This document shows, piece by piece, positions 41,701 to 48,971 of a stretch of 48,971 nt of DNA (positions within the stretch are counted from its first letter, which is position 1; the number at the start of each line of letters is the position of its first letter). This DNA is from an uncultured Clostridia bacterium (GTDB lineage: Bacteria > Bacillota > Clostridia > CALYAR01), in the NCBI GenBank assembly GCA_944393585.1, contig CALYAR010000073.1, positions 1 to 48,971 on the forward strand, read 5' to 3'. A program made the position numbers and the translations under genes. A model generated the notes under the pieces. It made no database searches. It saw nothing but the letters and a program-made list of their open reading frames with translations, and was not told where the DNA came from.

Positions 41701-43503
41701 CTTGACCTGGTCAAACAGGCAGACGAAAACGGAAATTATGTGGGAACGCTGGCGGGGGCTGACCAGCCTTATCCGGAAGCCTGCGACGTCGAAGATCCGA
41801 GCGGCGCTCTGTATTTCTTTAACGTAGATTCACAGGAAGGCGAGATTGGTAACTTCTCCGCAGACTACAGCATTTTGGACACCTGGAATATCCTCGGCAA
41901 TGGCGTGAGCCAGCCCACAGACGTCCATTTGAAGCTCACTATGCTCGGCGATTTTGACAAAGTGACATTTGCTGATGCCAAACCGCCGGAAAACAAGCCG
42001 GGCAATCCTTCGCAATTACGTTATGTCTTTGCAGAACGCAACGGTGAGGATTTGGAGAGCTGCTTTACCTCCGTCATTGAGCCGTACCGCGGGGAAAGCA
42101 ACATTGCTTCCATAGAAGCGCTCAAGGTTTTGGAAGGTTCTGAAGAAGCTTCGGATATGGATGTCCGTGCGGTGAAAGTGACTTTGACCAACGGACGCGT
42201 TGATTATATTATCAATGCGTTGGATGAATCGGTGGCTTATACCGTCGTAGACGGCAATACCACGATTGCGTTCCAGGGATTCTTCGGCGTTTACAGCAAG
42301 GACAGCGCAGAGGACGGAGCGTTCCGGTATTATCTGAATGACGGAGTGCAGATTGCCGGCATTACAAATGATGCAGTATCCGCTGTGACAGGAACAGTAG
42401 TTGATTTTACAAAGGAATTGGCAGTAGAAAACTCCATTACCATCAAAGCAAATGAAGAGATAGACCCGGCTGATTTAGCGGGAAAATACATCTATATCGA
42501 AAATGACGGCACATACAATGCAGCATACCGGATTCACTCTGCAGCAGCAGGGGAGAATCAGACGATCGTTTTGGATATCGGCGACACCACGACAGTGCGT
42601 GCGTATCAGAATCCGGAAAATCTGGACGAAGGGTTTGTCTACGATATTGAAAAAGGGAAAGAATTCCGCATTCCTTTCAGCACAGCGAACAACCTTGCGC
42701 CAAGCGGGATAGCATTGTCAAACAATACGGCCTCTGAAACGGCAGGAATGGGCGACCTGGTCGGACGTTTTATCGTAACCGACCTGGATGATTCGGAGTG
42801 GACTTATTCGCTGGCTGCAGGAGAAGAAAACTTCACGATCCGTGGAGAGAGCCTTTATCTGGCAAAACAGCTCCCAAGCGGGACTTATCCGGTTGAAATC
42901 ACGGTGACGGACAGCGCAGGCAACAAGCTGACAAAAGAGCTTTCTGTTTCCATAGTCATTTCCTTTAGCGATTTGCCGGAAGGCCACTGGGCCGCTGAAG
43001 CAATTCAGGCTTTGGCAAAAGATGGTATCCTCAAAGGGTATGACGATGGTACGGTAAAACCCGGCAATGCTGCCACCAGAGCGGAATTTACCTCTTTGGT
43101 TGCGAGACTGCTTGGCTTAACGGGCAGCGGTGAACTACAATTCCAGGATACGGATTCCTCAGCCTGGTATGCAAAGGATGTATCTGCTGCTGTGGCAGAG
43201 GGACTGGTTTCCGGATGGAACGGACAGTTCCGGCCCAATGAGACCATTACACGGGAGGAAGCGATGGTCATTGCTGCAAAAGCACTGGATATACTGGGCG
43301 CTGAGGTGAATGAAGATGCTTCCGTCTTAAATGCCTTTGCCGACGCATCGCAGGTTTCCGACTGGGCCATCCCCTCGACAGCGGTACTTGTTTCGGAAAA
43401 CATTATTGTCGGTACTAACGGGAATTTGAATCCCAAAGCCAATATTACCAGAGCAGAGATTGCCATGATTTTGTATCTGGTTCAATCAAACTATTTAAAC
43501 TAG
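38773..43503 (+). CDS. Secreted SLH-anchored heparinase II/III-like protein (shorter paralog of 1597..9921)
   Basis: The ATG at 38773 follows AAGGAGG. Signal peptide MRTKPLKKGLSGLLCAAMLFTAAPVFA/AP. It has one Big_2 domain, then a region collinear with 5548-9918 of the first gene. That region includes the Cys4 motif, the HGHSDALNIGLHAFGMDLMPDLGYPRF core, a cadherin-like repeat and three SLH repeats. Confidence 0.9.
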   Translation: MRTKPLKKGLSGLLCAAMLFTAAPVFAAPGGGDTDLPKLVYAAAAPNETAAETAQSLELDHITALVRLDALYIGDQVPVIVTAYAADETPLLPQSYELEVQSGDEDVIAVQDGKLSAKSVGEAEITVTAASGSNSAEAKFTVSVKELAPAKTRSTFYTEEERANAQENIAKYDWASSLQQNAVKAADVYVNMDNEELWGMVPSQMIPRSYAVTSPQTIGCLNCGSEVNEFGNYPYIIDSAGMPWKLTCPNCKMVFPTNDFEAYYEGGLDEDGCFNPDLAKAHNDELIAKGEPGNLVNILYPEKGESWGVDDGTGYIAEDGQKYTFVAYYNHEGLWHGGEIVDALTALRDAYLYTGDVKYANKGVILLDRIADVYPDLDLDIWNYQDGYLNSNGHSNRGKAIGSIWETSVANVSITAYDAFYPALADDSAAPCTEALEFLAGKNPAKANAARVRVNMEDGILREILPAVERGEIRGNSGMHQTTLANAAVVLDSMPESKEWLDFDFQAGTAKAQEVTGGNISVELIDRVDRDGNGNEGAPGYNSLWIRTYLNVANVLDGYVINGTDISYDLYDNVKFRKMFASNYPLILSSGYSPNIGDTGTAGGKALQVTLENMVKAFSKFGDIEFAQVAYLLSANSTANIKLGIFDKDPEAIAAEIQKVIDTNGEIDLDATNLTGFGFAALRDGDPGKAATIEGEEFVFNSLNHNESVATKYFDKNSTLQLEASVPGDFIEFTFQAESTGLQNIYINMWTAGSYGVYDVYVNGEKLPEPLSFLGAGVQVKKAGTAEILPGENTIKFVMNDSQPGKAGFRTMTLATTGAEEAVPSTERDLWMYYGKTRGVASHGHSDALNIGLHAFGMDLMPDLGYPRFADSSDKHRSSLVSNTISHNTVVVDNTRQTGQIVGQPQHFDDTDFVKLFDVSDEKAYDGIADLYRRTSAMIRIDNENSYIVDLFRVSGGDTHSYSFHGAETNQITTTGLDLVKQADENGNYVGTLAGADQPYPEACDVEDPSGALYFFNVDSQEGEIGNFSADYSILDTWNILGNGVSQPTDVHLKLTMLGDFDKVTFADAKPPENKPGNPSQLRYVFAERNGEDLESCFTSVIEPYRGESNIASIEALKVLEGSEEASDMDVRAVKVTLTNGRVDYIINALDESVAYTVVDGNTTIAFQGFFGVYSKDSAEDGAFRYYLNDGVQIAGITNDAVSAVTGTVVDFTKELAVENSITIKANEEIDPADLAGKYIYIENDGTYNAAYRIHSAAAGENQTIVLDIGDTTTVRAYQNPENLDEGFVYDIEKGKEFRIPFSTANNLAPSGIALSNNTASETAGMGDLVGRFIVTDLDDSEWTYSLAAGEENFTIRGESLYLAKQLPSGTYPVEITVTDSAGNKLTKELSVSIVISFSDLPEGHWAAEAIQALAKDGILKGYDDGTVKPGNAATRAEFTSLVARLLGLTGSGELQFQDTDSSAWYAKDVSAAVAEGLVSGWNGQFRPNETITREEAMVIAAKALDILGAEVNEDASVLNAFADASQVSDWAIPSTAVLVSENIIVGTNGNLNPKANITRAEIAMILYLVQSNYLN

Positions 43504-43524
43504 TTATTTTCCATCCCCCATTAT

Positions 43525-43563
43525 TCCGTTCCCAGACTGATTTACAGTCTGGGAACGGATTTT
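43525..43563 (+). terminator. Rho-independent terminator of the second SLH gene
   Basis: A perfect 15-bp stem TCCGTTCCCAGACTG/CAGTCTGGGAACGGA with a 5-nt loop and a TTTT tail. Confidence 0.8.
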
Positions 43564-44115
43564 GTATTTGAAATATGGCTGGAAGGCGCGAACCGAAATC
43601 AAACAGAAAACTCTGGGAAATATGTACCGATTAAAGCGATTTAAAATAAAATTATAATTCGATTTATTTTGCGCTTCTTATCATATTTGCAAAAAAATAA
43701 ATCATTTTGATTTCCATAAAGTAAATGCAGATTGAAATTTAAGTTTACTCTTATCAGACATAAGCCATGAAGAGGTCGTGTGCCATAGCGTGTGGAAACT
43801 GTTTTTCATTGCAAATGCACGAAAGTGTGCAGAGCAATAAAATGTACGCCTTGAATCTTTCGTCCACGGCTTATTATTCACATAATAGGAGATAATTCGC
43901 GGGTTGCATTTTTTAAAAATTGCACAAATTCTTTTTCGGGAATTAAAGGATTCAGAGACAGGATAAATTCCTGTAGCCGCTTTTCAATATTGAATGATAG
44001 AAAGACAATCATGTTATTGAATGTATAGAAGCGGAGAAGAATGCGTTGCAATCTTAAAGAATGAAAGATAAAATAGTCACAGATAAGCAAACGACAAATC
44101 GGGATCTGTGCGCTT

Positions 44116-44715
44116 TTGCCGGGAAAGACAAGCGGTAAGGAGGGATCTATTATAAACGAAACAATAAAATTTGCAAACAGAGAAGAATTTCACAGATGGC
44201 TCCATGAGCATTGTTTATCAAATGACGGTATTTGGCTTTTGTTTGGTAAGGCTGGCGGGCCAAAAACTATAAAGGCGGGAGAAGCCCTTGAAGAAGCTCT
44301 CTGTTTTGGCTGGATTGACGGACAGATGGAAAAAATTGATGATAAGACTTATAAGAAGTATTTTTCTCAGCGTAGAAAGAACAGCAAATGGTCAGAGAAG
44401 AATAAGGCATTGGTAAAAAAACTTGAAGAACAAGGTCTTATGACTGATTTTGGCAGAGAGAAGATAGCTGAGGCCAAGAAGAACGGCCAGTGGGACGCTC
44501 CAAACCCTCTGGCAATCATTACAGAAGAACAGATTGCCTGCCTATCTGCACTGCTCAAAGGGCACGAACCCGCCTATACAAATTTTCAAGCCATGTCCGT
44601 ATCCGTAAAGAAAACTTATACACGGGCATATTTTGACGCAAAGACAGACGCTGGAAGGGAAAAGAGAATTGCCTGGATGGTGGACAGACTCAATAAAAAT
44701 CTAAAACCCATGTAA
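44116..44715 (+). CDS. YdeI/OmpD-associated family protein
   Basis: EEFHRWLHEH...GIWLLFGK...EEALCFGWIDGQMEKIDDKTYKKYFSQRRKNSKWSEKNK matches the YdeI family pattern. The start is uncertain. A strong AAGGAGG at 44137-43 lies inside the ORF-track N-terminus and is followed only by ATT/ATA codons. Confidence 0.8.
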   Translation: MPGKTSGKEGSIINETIKFANREEFHRWLHEHCLSNDGIWLLFGKAGGPKTIKAGEALEEALCFGWIDGQMEKIDDKTYKKYFSQRRKNSKWSEKNKALVKKLEEQGLMTDFGREKIAEAKKNGQWDAPNPLAIITEEQIACLSALLKGHEPAYTNFQAMSVSVKKTYTRAYFDAKTDAGREKRIAWMVDRLNKNLKPM

Positions 44716-44736
44716 TCAATTGAAAGGAGTAACATC

Positions 44737-44934
44737 ATGGAAGAATTAAAATCGATTATGGAGAAGTTTGTTGCGTCTGGCTGGGATTTATTATCTGTTC
44801 CAGCACAACAATGGCTAGACGGGAAATCTGATAAAGACGCTTTAGTATCAGCAATTAAACAGGCTGATAAAGAATGTGGGAGCTGCGGCTGCGAGTTAGA
44901 CCCATTGTATAAAAGAGCTTTGGAATTGATTTAA
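44737..44934 (+). CDS. Small hypothetical protein (65 aa) with a CGSCGC motif
   Basis: GAAAGGAG RBS 7 nt upstream. The predicted product is helical and acidic, with a C-terminal KECGSCGCELDP. I recognised no family. Confidence 0.5.
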   Translation: MEELKSIMEKFVASGWDLLSVPAQQWLDGKSDKDALVSAIKQADKECGSCGCELDPLYKRALELI

Positions 44935-45090
44935 CGGCACGATCAATCCTAATTTGCCAATCGGATAAACCGCTTACTTCCAATCCATTATGGAATGTTC
45001 GCGTTTAGGATAAAAAATCCTCTGATTTTATACGGTTTCTTTTTTATACCCTATTCGTCAAAATGGCGTTTCTACTGCATAACAGGAAGA

Positions 45091-45133
45091 AAAAAGACGG
45101 GCAAAAAGTAATCGCTTTTTACCCGTCTTTTTC
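45091..45133 (+). terminator. Long hairpin terminator (A-tract / T-tract flanked, possibly bidirectional)
   Basis: An 18-bp stem AAAAAGACGGGCAAAAAG/CTTTTTACCCGTCTTTTT with one mismatch. Confidence 0.6.
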
Positions 45134-45351
45134 TGTACCTTATAAGTCAGACAGCCTATTTCAAATTGTCAGTTGATACTGCTTTATGAGCAGCCGCCGC
45201 TAGGGGCGCTTTGTTTTTACTCCTGACATTTAGCAGGGGGTTCTTGTCATACATATTTCTCAGTCCGAATATATCTTAATAAGCGCATGCTTGTTTCATT
45301 GGCTTATAAAATAAGCGGATTATGAGGAAAACGAAGGGGATTGAAATATTT

Positions 45352-48021
45352 ATGATATGGAAAGAGAGAAAAAGCGTCCAAACTGCATATTCCGGACTGA
45401 CAACGGCGGAAGCAGAGGCGTCGAGAAAACAATTTGGAGACAATTCGCTTTCGGTCAAAAAAAAGAATGGATTTTTTAAAAGCCTGCTGTCCAGCTTTGC
45501 CGATCCCATTATCAAAATTCTGCTGATTGCGTTGGCTGTGAATATTATCTTCTTATTCAAGACCAGCGATTGGTTCGAAACACTTGGAATTGCAGTTGCA
45601 ATTTTCCTGGCTACGTTTGTGTCCACACTATCCGAATATGGAAGTGAAGCCGCCTTCAAGGAATTGCAGGAAGAAGCCTCGAAAACCATGTGCCGGGTTC
45701 GCCGGGACGGAGAGATAAGAGAAATCCCGCTGGCTGATGTTGTGACAGGGGATCTTGTTCTGCTGGAGGTGGGCGAGAAGATTCCGGCAGATGGAATCCT
45801 GCTCACGGGAACTCTTTCGGTCGATCAGTCCGCCTTGAATGGGGAAAGCAAAGAAGCAAAGAAAAGGCCGGGAAGCACTGTCATGGAGAAAATGTCATTG
45901 TCGGATGAAAGCGCCTTGTTCCGCGGCTGCATTGTCTGTTCCGGCGAGGGGACAATGCGCGTTGCAAAGGTAGGCGGCGCTACGCTTTACGGCTCAATGG
46001 CAGAAGAAGTACAGGAGGAGACCCGCGAAAGCCCTTTGAAGGTACGCCTGGCCCATTTGGCAGGGGTCATCAGCAAACTGGGATATTTCGCTGCTTTTGT
46101 GGTGGCGGGAGCATATTTATTCAATATCTTTTTGCTCGACAGCGGATTCTCCGGCGCTGTTATTGTTCAAAAACTTCAGAATCTGCCTTATCTGTTTCAC
46201 CATTTGCTCAATGCGCTGACATTAGCCATTACTGTCATTGTAGTTGCAGTGCCGGAAGGTTTGCCGATGATGATTACCGTAGTGTTGTCTTCGAATATGA
46301 AGCGGATGCTCAAAGACAACGTGCTGGTCCGAAAATTAGTAGGAATTGAGACAGCGGGAAGCCTCAATATTCTCTTTACGGATAAGACCGGTACTATAAC
46401 CCGCGGAGCTCTGTCCGTCACTAATTTTATATCCGGGTCCGGAAAGGAATATGGAACCATTCAAAGCTTGAAAAAATGCCGCCCGCTTTATGAGTTGTTT
46501 GAACTTTCCGCCGGATTGAATACTTCGAGCAGTATAACAAGGGATGGCGTAATCGGAGGGAACGCGACCGACCGCGCAGTTTTACAAGCTATTTTGCCGG
46601 CAAAACTTCCAGGCGATATTAAAATAAGAAATAAAGTTCCCTTCGACAGTGTTCGAAAATATTCCTGTGTTCAAATAGAAGGGAAGAAGAATTTAATTTT
46701 AATCAAAGGGGCGCCGGAAAAGATTCTTACAGCTTGTGACCGTTTTTATGACGAAAGCGGAAACGTACACGCGTTTCATTCCAGGAGTGTTTTGCAGCGG
46801 CGCTGGAATGAGATGACAAAAAATGCCGTTCGCGTGCTCGCCTTTGCGGTTTCCGATGGGGAGTGGAGCGAACGCGGAGACTTTCGGAATCTCATTCTAA
46901 TTGGGCTCGCAGGAATCAAAGACGAGATTCGTCCCGAGGCAAAAAGAGCCATTGCGGAAGTCCGTTCCGCCGGCGTGCAGGTTGTCATGATAACCGGCGA
47001 CAATAAAGAAACGGCAGCAGCAATCGCAAAAGAATGCGGATTGATATTGCCCTATGAAAAGGGAATTATTTTAACGGGCGATGAGTTGGCTGTAACAAGC
47101 GACGAGCAGTTAAAACAGCTTTTGCCGCAGCTTCGGGTCATTGCCCGAGCGCTTCCCTCGGATAAAAGCAGATTGGTTCGCGTTGCACAGGAATGCGGCC
47201 TTGTAGCCGGTATGACGGGAGACGGGATTAACGATGCGCCCGCTTTGAAAGCCGCGGATGTCGGATTTGTGATGGGGAGCGGAACGGAAGTGGCAAAGGA
47301 AGCAGGCGATATTGTCATCCTGGATAATAACTTTGCTTCTATCGTAAAAGCGGTACTGTATGGCAGGACAATTTTCAAAAGCATCCGAAAATTTATTATT
47401 TTTCAGCTTACGATGAACCTGTGTGCAGTGGGCGTTTCGATTATCGGCCCATTCATTGGAATTGACGCGCCCGTCACTGTCATACAAATGTTATGGGTCA
47501 ATATTATTATGGACACTCTTGGTGCGCTGGCTTTTGCAGGCGAAGCACCGCCGCCGGACTGTATGCGCGAGCCTCCCAAGTCGCGGGAGGAACCAATACT
47601 AAACCGATATATGATAAACCAGATCTTAGTGGATGGAATATTGACCATTGGAATCTGCATATTGTTTTTGAAACTGCCGGTGGTCAAAAATTGGTTTCGG
47701 TATTGGGAAGACCCCATTTATTTTATGACTGCTTTCTTTGCCCTTTTTATTTTTGCCGGCGTATTTAACTGCTTTAACGCGCGTACGAACCGGATGAACC
47801 TGTTAGCAGGATTGACAAAGAATAAGAGTTTTATCATTATCATGGTACTCATTTCCATTGTACAGGTGATCTTTATCTATTTTGGCGGAACTCTGTTCCG
47901 AACAGCACCACTTTTGGCCAAAGAAGTTTGTTTGGTGATTATGATTGCATTTTTGGTCATCCCCGCTGACTTAGCTCGAAAAGTTACTTTGCGTATTGCC
48001 GGACACAGGGGCAGCATTTGA
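45352..48021 (+). CDS. Calcium-translocating P-type ATPase (type IIA-like)
   Basis: Motifs DKTGTIT, VPEGLP (TM4), MITGDNKETA and GDGINDAPALKAADVG. The ATG at 45352 follows a GAAGGGGA RBS. An upstream in-frame ATG at 45322 is also possible. Confidence 0.92.
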   Translation: MIWKERKSVQTAYSGLTTAEAEASRKQFGDNSLSVKKKNGFFKSLLSSFADPIIKILLIALAVNIIFLFKTSDWFETLGIAVAIFLATFVSTLSEYGSEAAFKELQEEASKTMCRVRRDGEIREIPLADVVTGDLVLLEVGEKIPADGILLTGTLSVDQSALNGESKEAKKRPGSTVMEKMSLSDESALFRGCIVCSGEGTMRVAKVGGATLYGSMAEEVQEETRESPLKVRLAHLAGVISKLGYFAAFVVAGAYLFNIFLLDSGFSGAVIVQKLQNLPYLFHHLLNALTLAITVIVVAVPEGLPMMITVVLSSNMKRMLKDNVLVRKLVGIETAGSLNILFTDKTGTITRGALSVTNFISGSGKEYGTIQSLKKCRPLYELFELSAGLNTSSSITRDGVIGGNATDRAVLQAILPAKLPGDIKIRNKVPFDSVRKYSCVQIEGKKNLILIKGAPEKILTACDRFYDESGNVHAFHSRSVLQRRWNEMTKNAVRVLAFAVSDGEWSERGDFRNLILIGLAGIKDEIRPEAKRAIAEVRSAGVQVVMITGDNKETAAAIAKECGLILPYEKGIILTGDELAVTSDEQLKQLLPQLRVIARALPSDKSRLVRVAQECGLVAGMTGDGINDAPALKAADVGFVMGSGTEVAKEAGDIVILDNNFASIVKAVLYGRTIFKSIRKFIIFQLTMNLCAVGVSIIGPFIGIDAPVTVIQMLWVNIIMDTLGALAFAGEAPPPDCMREPPKSREEPILNRYMINQILVDGILTIGICILFLKLPVVKNWFRYWEDPIYFMTAFFALFIFAGVFNCFNARTNRMNLLAGLTKNKSFIIIMVLISIVQVIFIYFGGTLFRTAPLLAKEVCLVIMIAFLVIPADLARKVTLRIAGHRGSI

Positions 48022-48025
48022 GTCA

Positions 48026-48066
48026 AATACCCGTGAAGTTTTGATAAATTTCACGGGTATTTTTCT
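48026..48066 (+). terminator. Rho-independent terminator of the ATPase gene
   Basis: Stem AATACCCGTGAA/TTCACGGGTATT followed by a T-run. Confidence 0.75.
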
Positions 48067-48090
48067 CTCAAAAATCTTTTGAAATTTTCG

Positions 48091-48119
48091 TTGACAAACA
48101 ATAGCCTTTATGCTATAAT
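48091..48119 (+). promoter_or_regulatory. Consensus sigma-A type promoter of the tRNA gene
   Basis: -35 TTGACA (48091-96), a 17-nt spacer and extended -10 TGcTATAAT (48111-19). The tRNA starts 15 nt downstream. Confidence 0.7.
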
Positions 48120-48133
48120 CGGAAAAGTGATTT

Positions 48134-48217
48134 GCGAGTGTGCTGGAATAGGCAGACAGGCACGTTTGAGGGGCGTGTGTCTCTGACGTACGGGTTCAAG
48201 TCCCGTCACTCGCACCA
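48134..48217 (+). tRNA. tRNA-Leu (anticodon GAG), class II with a long variable arm and encoded CCA
   Basis: Manual fold:
- acceptor stem GCGAGTG/CACTCGC
- 3-bp D stem CTG/CAG with an 11-nt GG-containing loop
- anticodon stem CACGT/GCGTG
- anticodon loop TTGAGGG (T33, GAG, G37)
- 12-nt variable arm
- T arm ACGGG-TTCAAGT-CCCGT
- discriminator A, then CCA. Confidence 0.85.
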
Positions 48218-48246
48218 TAAGAGGGCACTAAAAAAGATGCCTAAGC

Positions 48247-48275
48247 AAAAAACCTCGATAAAATCGAGGTTTTTT
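48247..48275 (+). terminator. Rho-independent terminator after tRNA-Leu
   Basis: Stem AACCTCGAT/ATCGAGGTT with a 3-nt loop and a T6 tail. Confidence 0.8.
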
Positions 48276-48377
48276 CGCATTTTCAGGGCAAGTTTTTCAG
48301 CATAGATTCTATAGATGCCAAACGGCAAAAATCCTATACTGACAGGACTTAAACCCAGAAATAGCAAAAATCGCACT

Positions 48378-48420
48378 GAAAGGCGTATGGAGAGTTAAAA
48401 ATTCATACGCCTTTTTCTTT
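48378..48420 (+). terminator. Terminator-like hairpin in an ORF-free flank
   Basis: Stem GAAAGGCGTATG/CATACGCCTTT followed by TTTTCTTTT. No credible ORF lies upstream of it. Confidence 0.4.
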
Positions 48421-48483
48421 TGCCCAAAATCATTATTATTCTCCCTGTTGGCATGCAGCAATAAAATATTAACACATCATTTT

Positions 48484-48530
48484 AAAGCCTTTTGTTTTTG
48501 ATTATCACAGCAAAAACTGAAGGCTTTTTT
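48484..48530 (+). terminator. Second terminator-like hairpin in an ORF-free flank
   Basis: A composite stem AAAGCCTT..GTTTTTG / CAAAAAC..AAGGCTTT followed by a T-run. Confidence 0.4.
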
Positions 48531-48682
48531 ATTGAAAGGAAAAAGTTATGTATTCAGAAATCAGGAGTACGATTCTTTGGTGTTTACCTTGTTCTACACG
48601 CCATTAAACAAACTTTTACAGATGTAAAGCGGTCGTATTTTGCAGGTAAAGCAAGGTCGAAAAATAAGCAGGTGAAAGGAAC

Positions 48683-48861
48683 GGGGTTGCTGAGGCTTCC
48701 CCGTTCCGGTTCACAGCGGACGGCAATGCCGACCGCATCAGGGTTTTACGACTCTTTTGGCTATCAGAAACCATAGGGGTTGCAAAACCGTCCGAATACC
48801 TGTTGTCGGGGTTGTAGGTAACCATAATTACCGACTGTGCAAGGAAAAAAAGAGGGGTTGT
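48683..48861 (+). repeat. Four direct copies of a GGGGTTGYA/T motif (iteron/operator-like)
   Basis: Copies lie at 48683-91 (GGGGTTGCT), 48776-84 (GGGGTTGCA), 48808-16 (GGGGTTGTA) and 48853-61 (GGGGTTGTA). The first sits in the loop side of a 9-bp hairpin GGAACGGGG/CCCCGTTCC (48678-86 and 48699-707). Confidence 0.35.
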
Positions 48862-48895
48862 AGCAGGCGTTGTAAAACAAATAAGCAGATGGATC

Positions 48896-48971
48896 ATGTT
48901 TGAGAACAAGAAAAAAATTAACCTGTGGATGTATCCTGATAGCCTTGAAAAGGTGGATATTATTTGCTTTA
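48896..48971 (+). CDS. Partial ORF at the window edge, possibly a ribbon-helix-helix-like regulator
   Basis: ATG at 48896. MFENKKKINLWMYPDSLEKVDIICF resembles the beta-strand/helix start of CopG/RHH proteins (basic stretch, then xINLxxxxxxLEKxD). Only 25 codons are visible. Confidence 0.25.
   Translation, partial: MFENKKKINLWMYPDSLEKVDIICF

Noticed and set aside
43878-44090. A 70-aa minus-strand ORF between the SLH paralog and the YdeI-like gene.
   Set aside because: It has no RBS and no recognisable domain, and it sits in AT-rich promoter-like DNA. It is possibly a relic of a regulator gene but is unsupported.
1-48971. A search by eye for CRISPR arrays, Cas genes, restriction-modification, toxin-antitoxin, retron/DGR reverse transcriptases, IS elements, integrases and rRNA.
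   Set aside because: I saw no regularly spaced direct repeats. None of the ORF translations show nuclease, RT, integrase or transposase signatures. Every large ORF is accounted for by metabolic, membrane or regulatory families.

Overview
This 48,971-bp window looks like a chromosomal segment from a Clostridia-like Firmicute: roughly 50% GC in coding regions, AGGAGG-type RBSs, many lipoboxes and SLH cell-wall anchors. Every supported gene except a truncated fragment at the left edge lies on the + strand.

Contents from left to right:
1. A TetR regulator, then a roughly 750-bp AT-rich spacer, then a giant (2,774 aa) secreted, SLH-anchored protein. It carries two beta-helix modules, Ig-like, LamG-like and Big_2 domains, and a heparinase II/III-like core.
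2. A roughly 22-kb redox/detoxification island (10.3-32.9 kb). It holds 2 LysR, 1 MerR and 1 AraC regulators, 3 aldo/keto reductases, 2 Fe-alcohol dehydrogenases, an SDR, an Isf-like FMN reductase, a flavin reductase, a RibD_C protein, a MATE pump and a GlcG-like protein. Interleaved with these are eight-minus-one exported lipoproteins: five flavodoxin-fold paralogs and three alpha/beta-hydrolase domains (one fused to a flavodoxin-like domain). A multi-His DUF4405-like membrane protein is also present.
3. Three membrane proteins of unknown function.
4. An ApbE (FMN transferase) - NusG-domain-II - Gx-transporter trio.
5. A 1,576-aa paralog of the giant SLH protein, with a homologous leader and terminator.
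6. A YdeI-like protein, a small Cys-rich ORF, a Ca-type P-type ATPase and tRNA-Leu(GAG). These are followed by a hairpin-rich, ORF-poor flank with a repeated GGGGTTGYA motif.

I found no CRISPR array, IS element, integrase, rRNA or recognisable defence gene.

The most interesting hypothesis concerns the exported flavodoxin-fold lipoproteins. Three of them carry a D-A-x-x-S-A/P-S motif resembling the ApbE flavinylation motif, inserted in the FMN phosphate-binding loop. Together with the DUF4405-like membrane protein and the nearby ApbE module, they may form an undescribed extracytoplasmic flavin-based redox system. Everything here is inferred from sequence reading only; no searches or computations were run.
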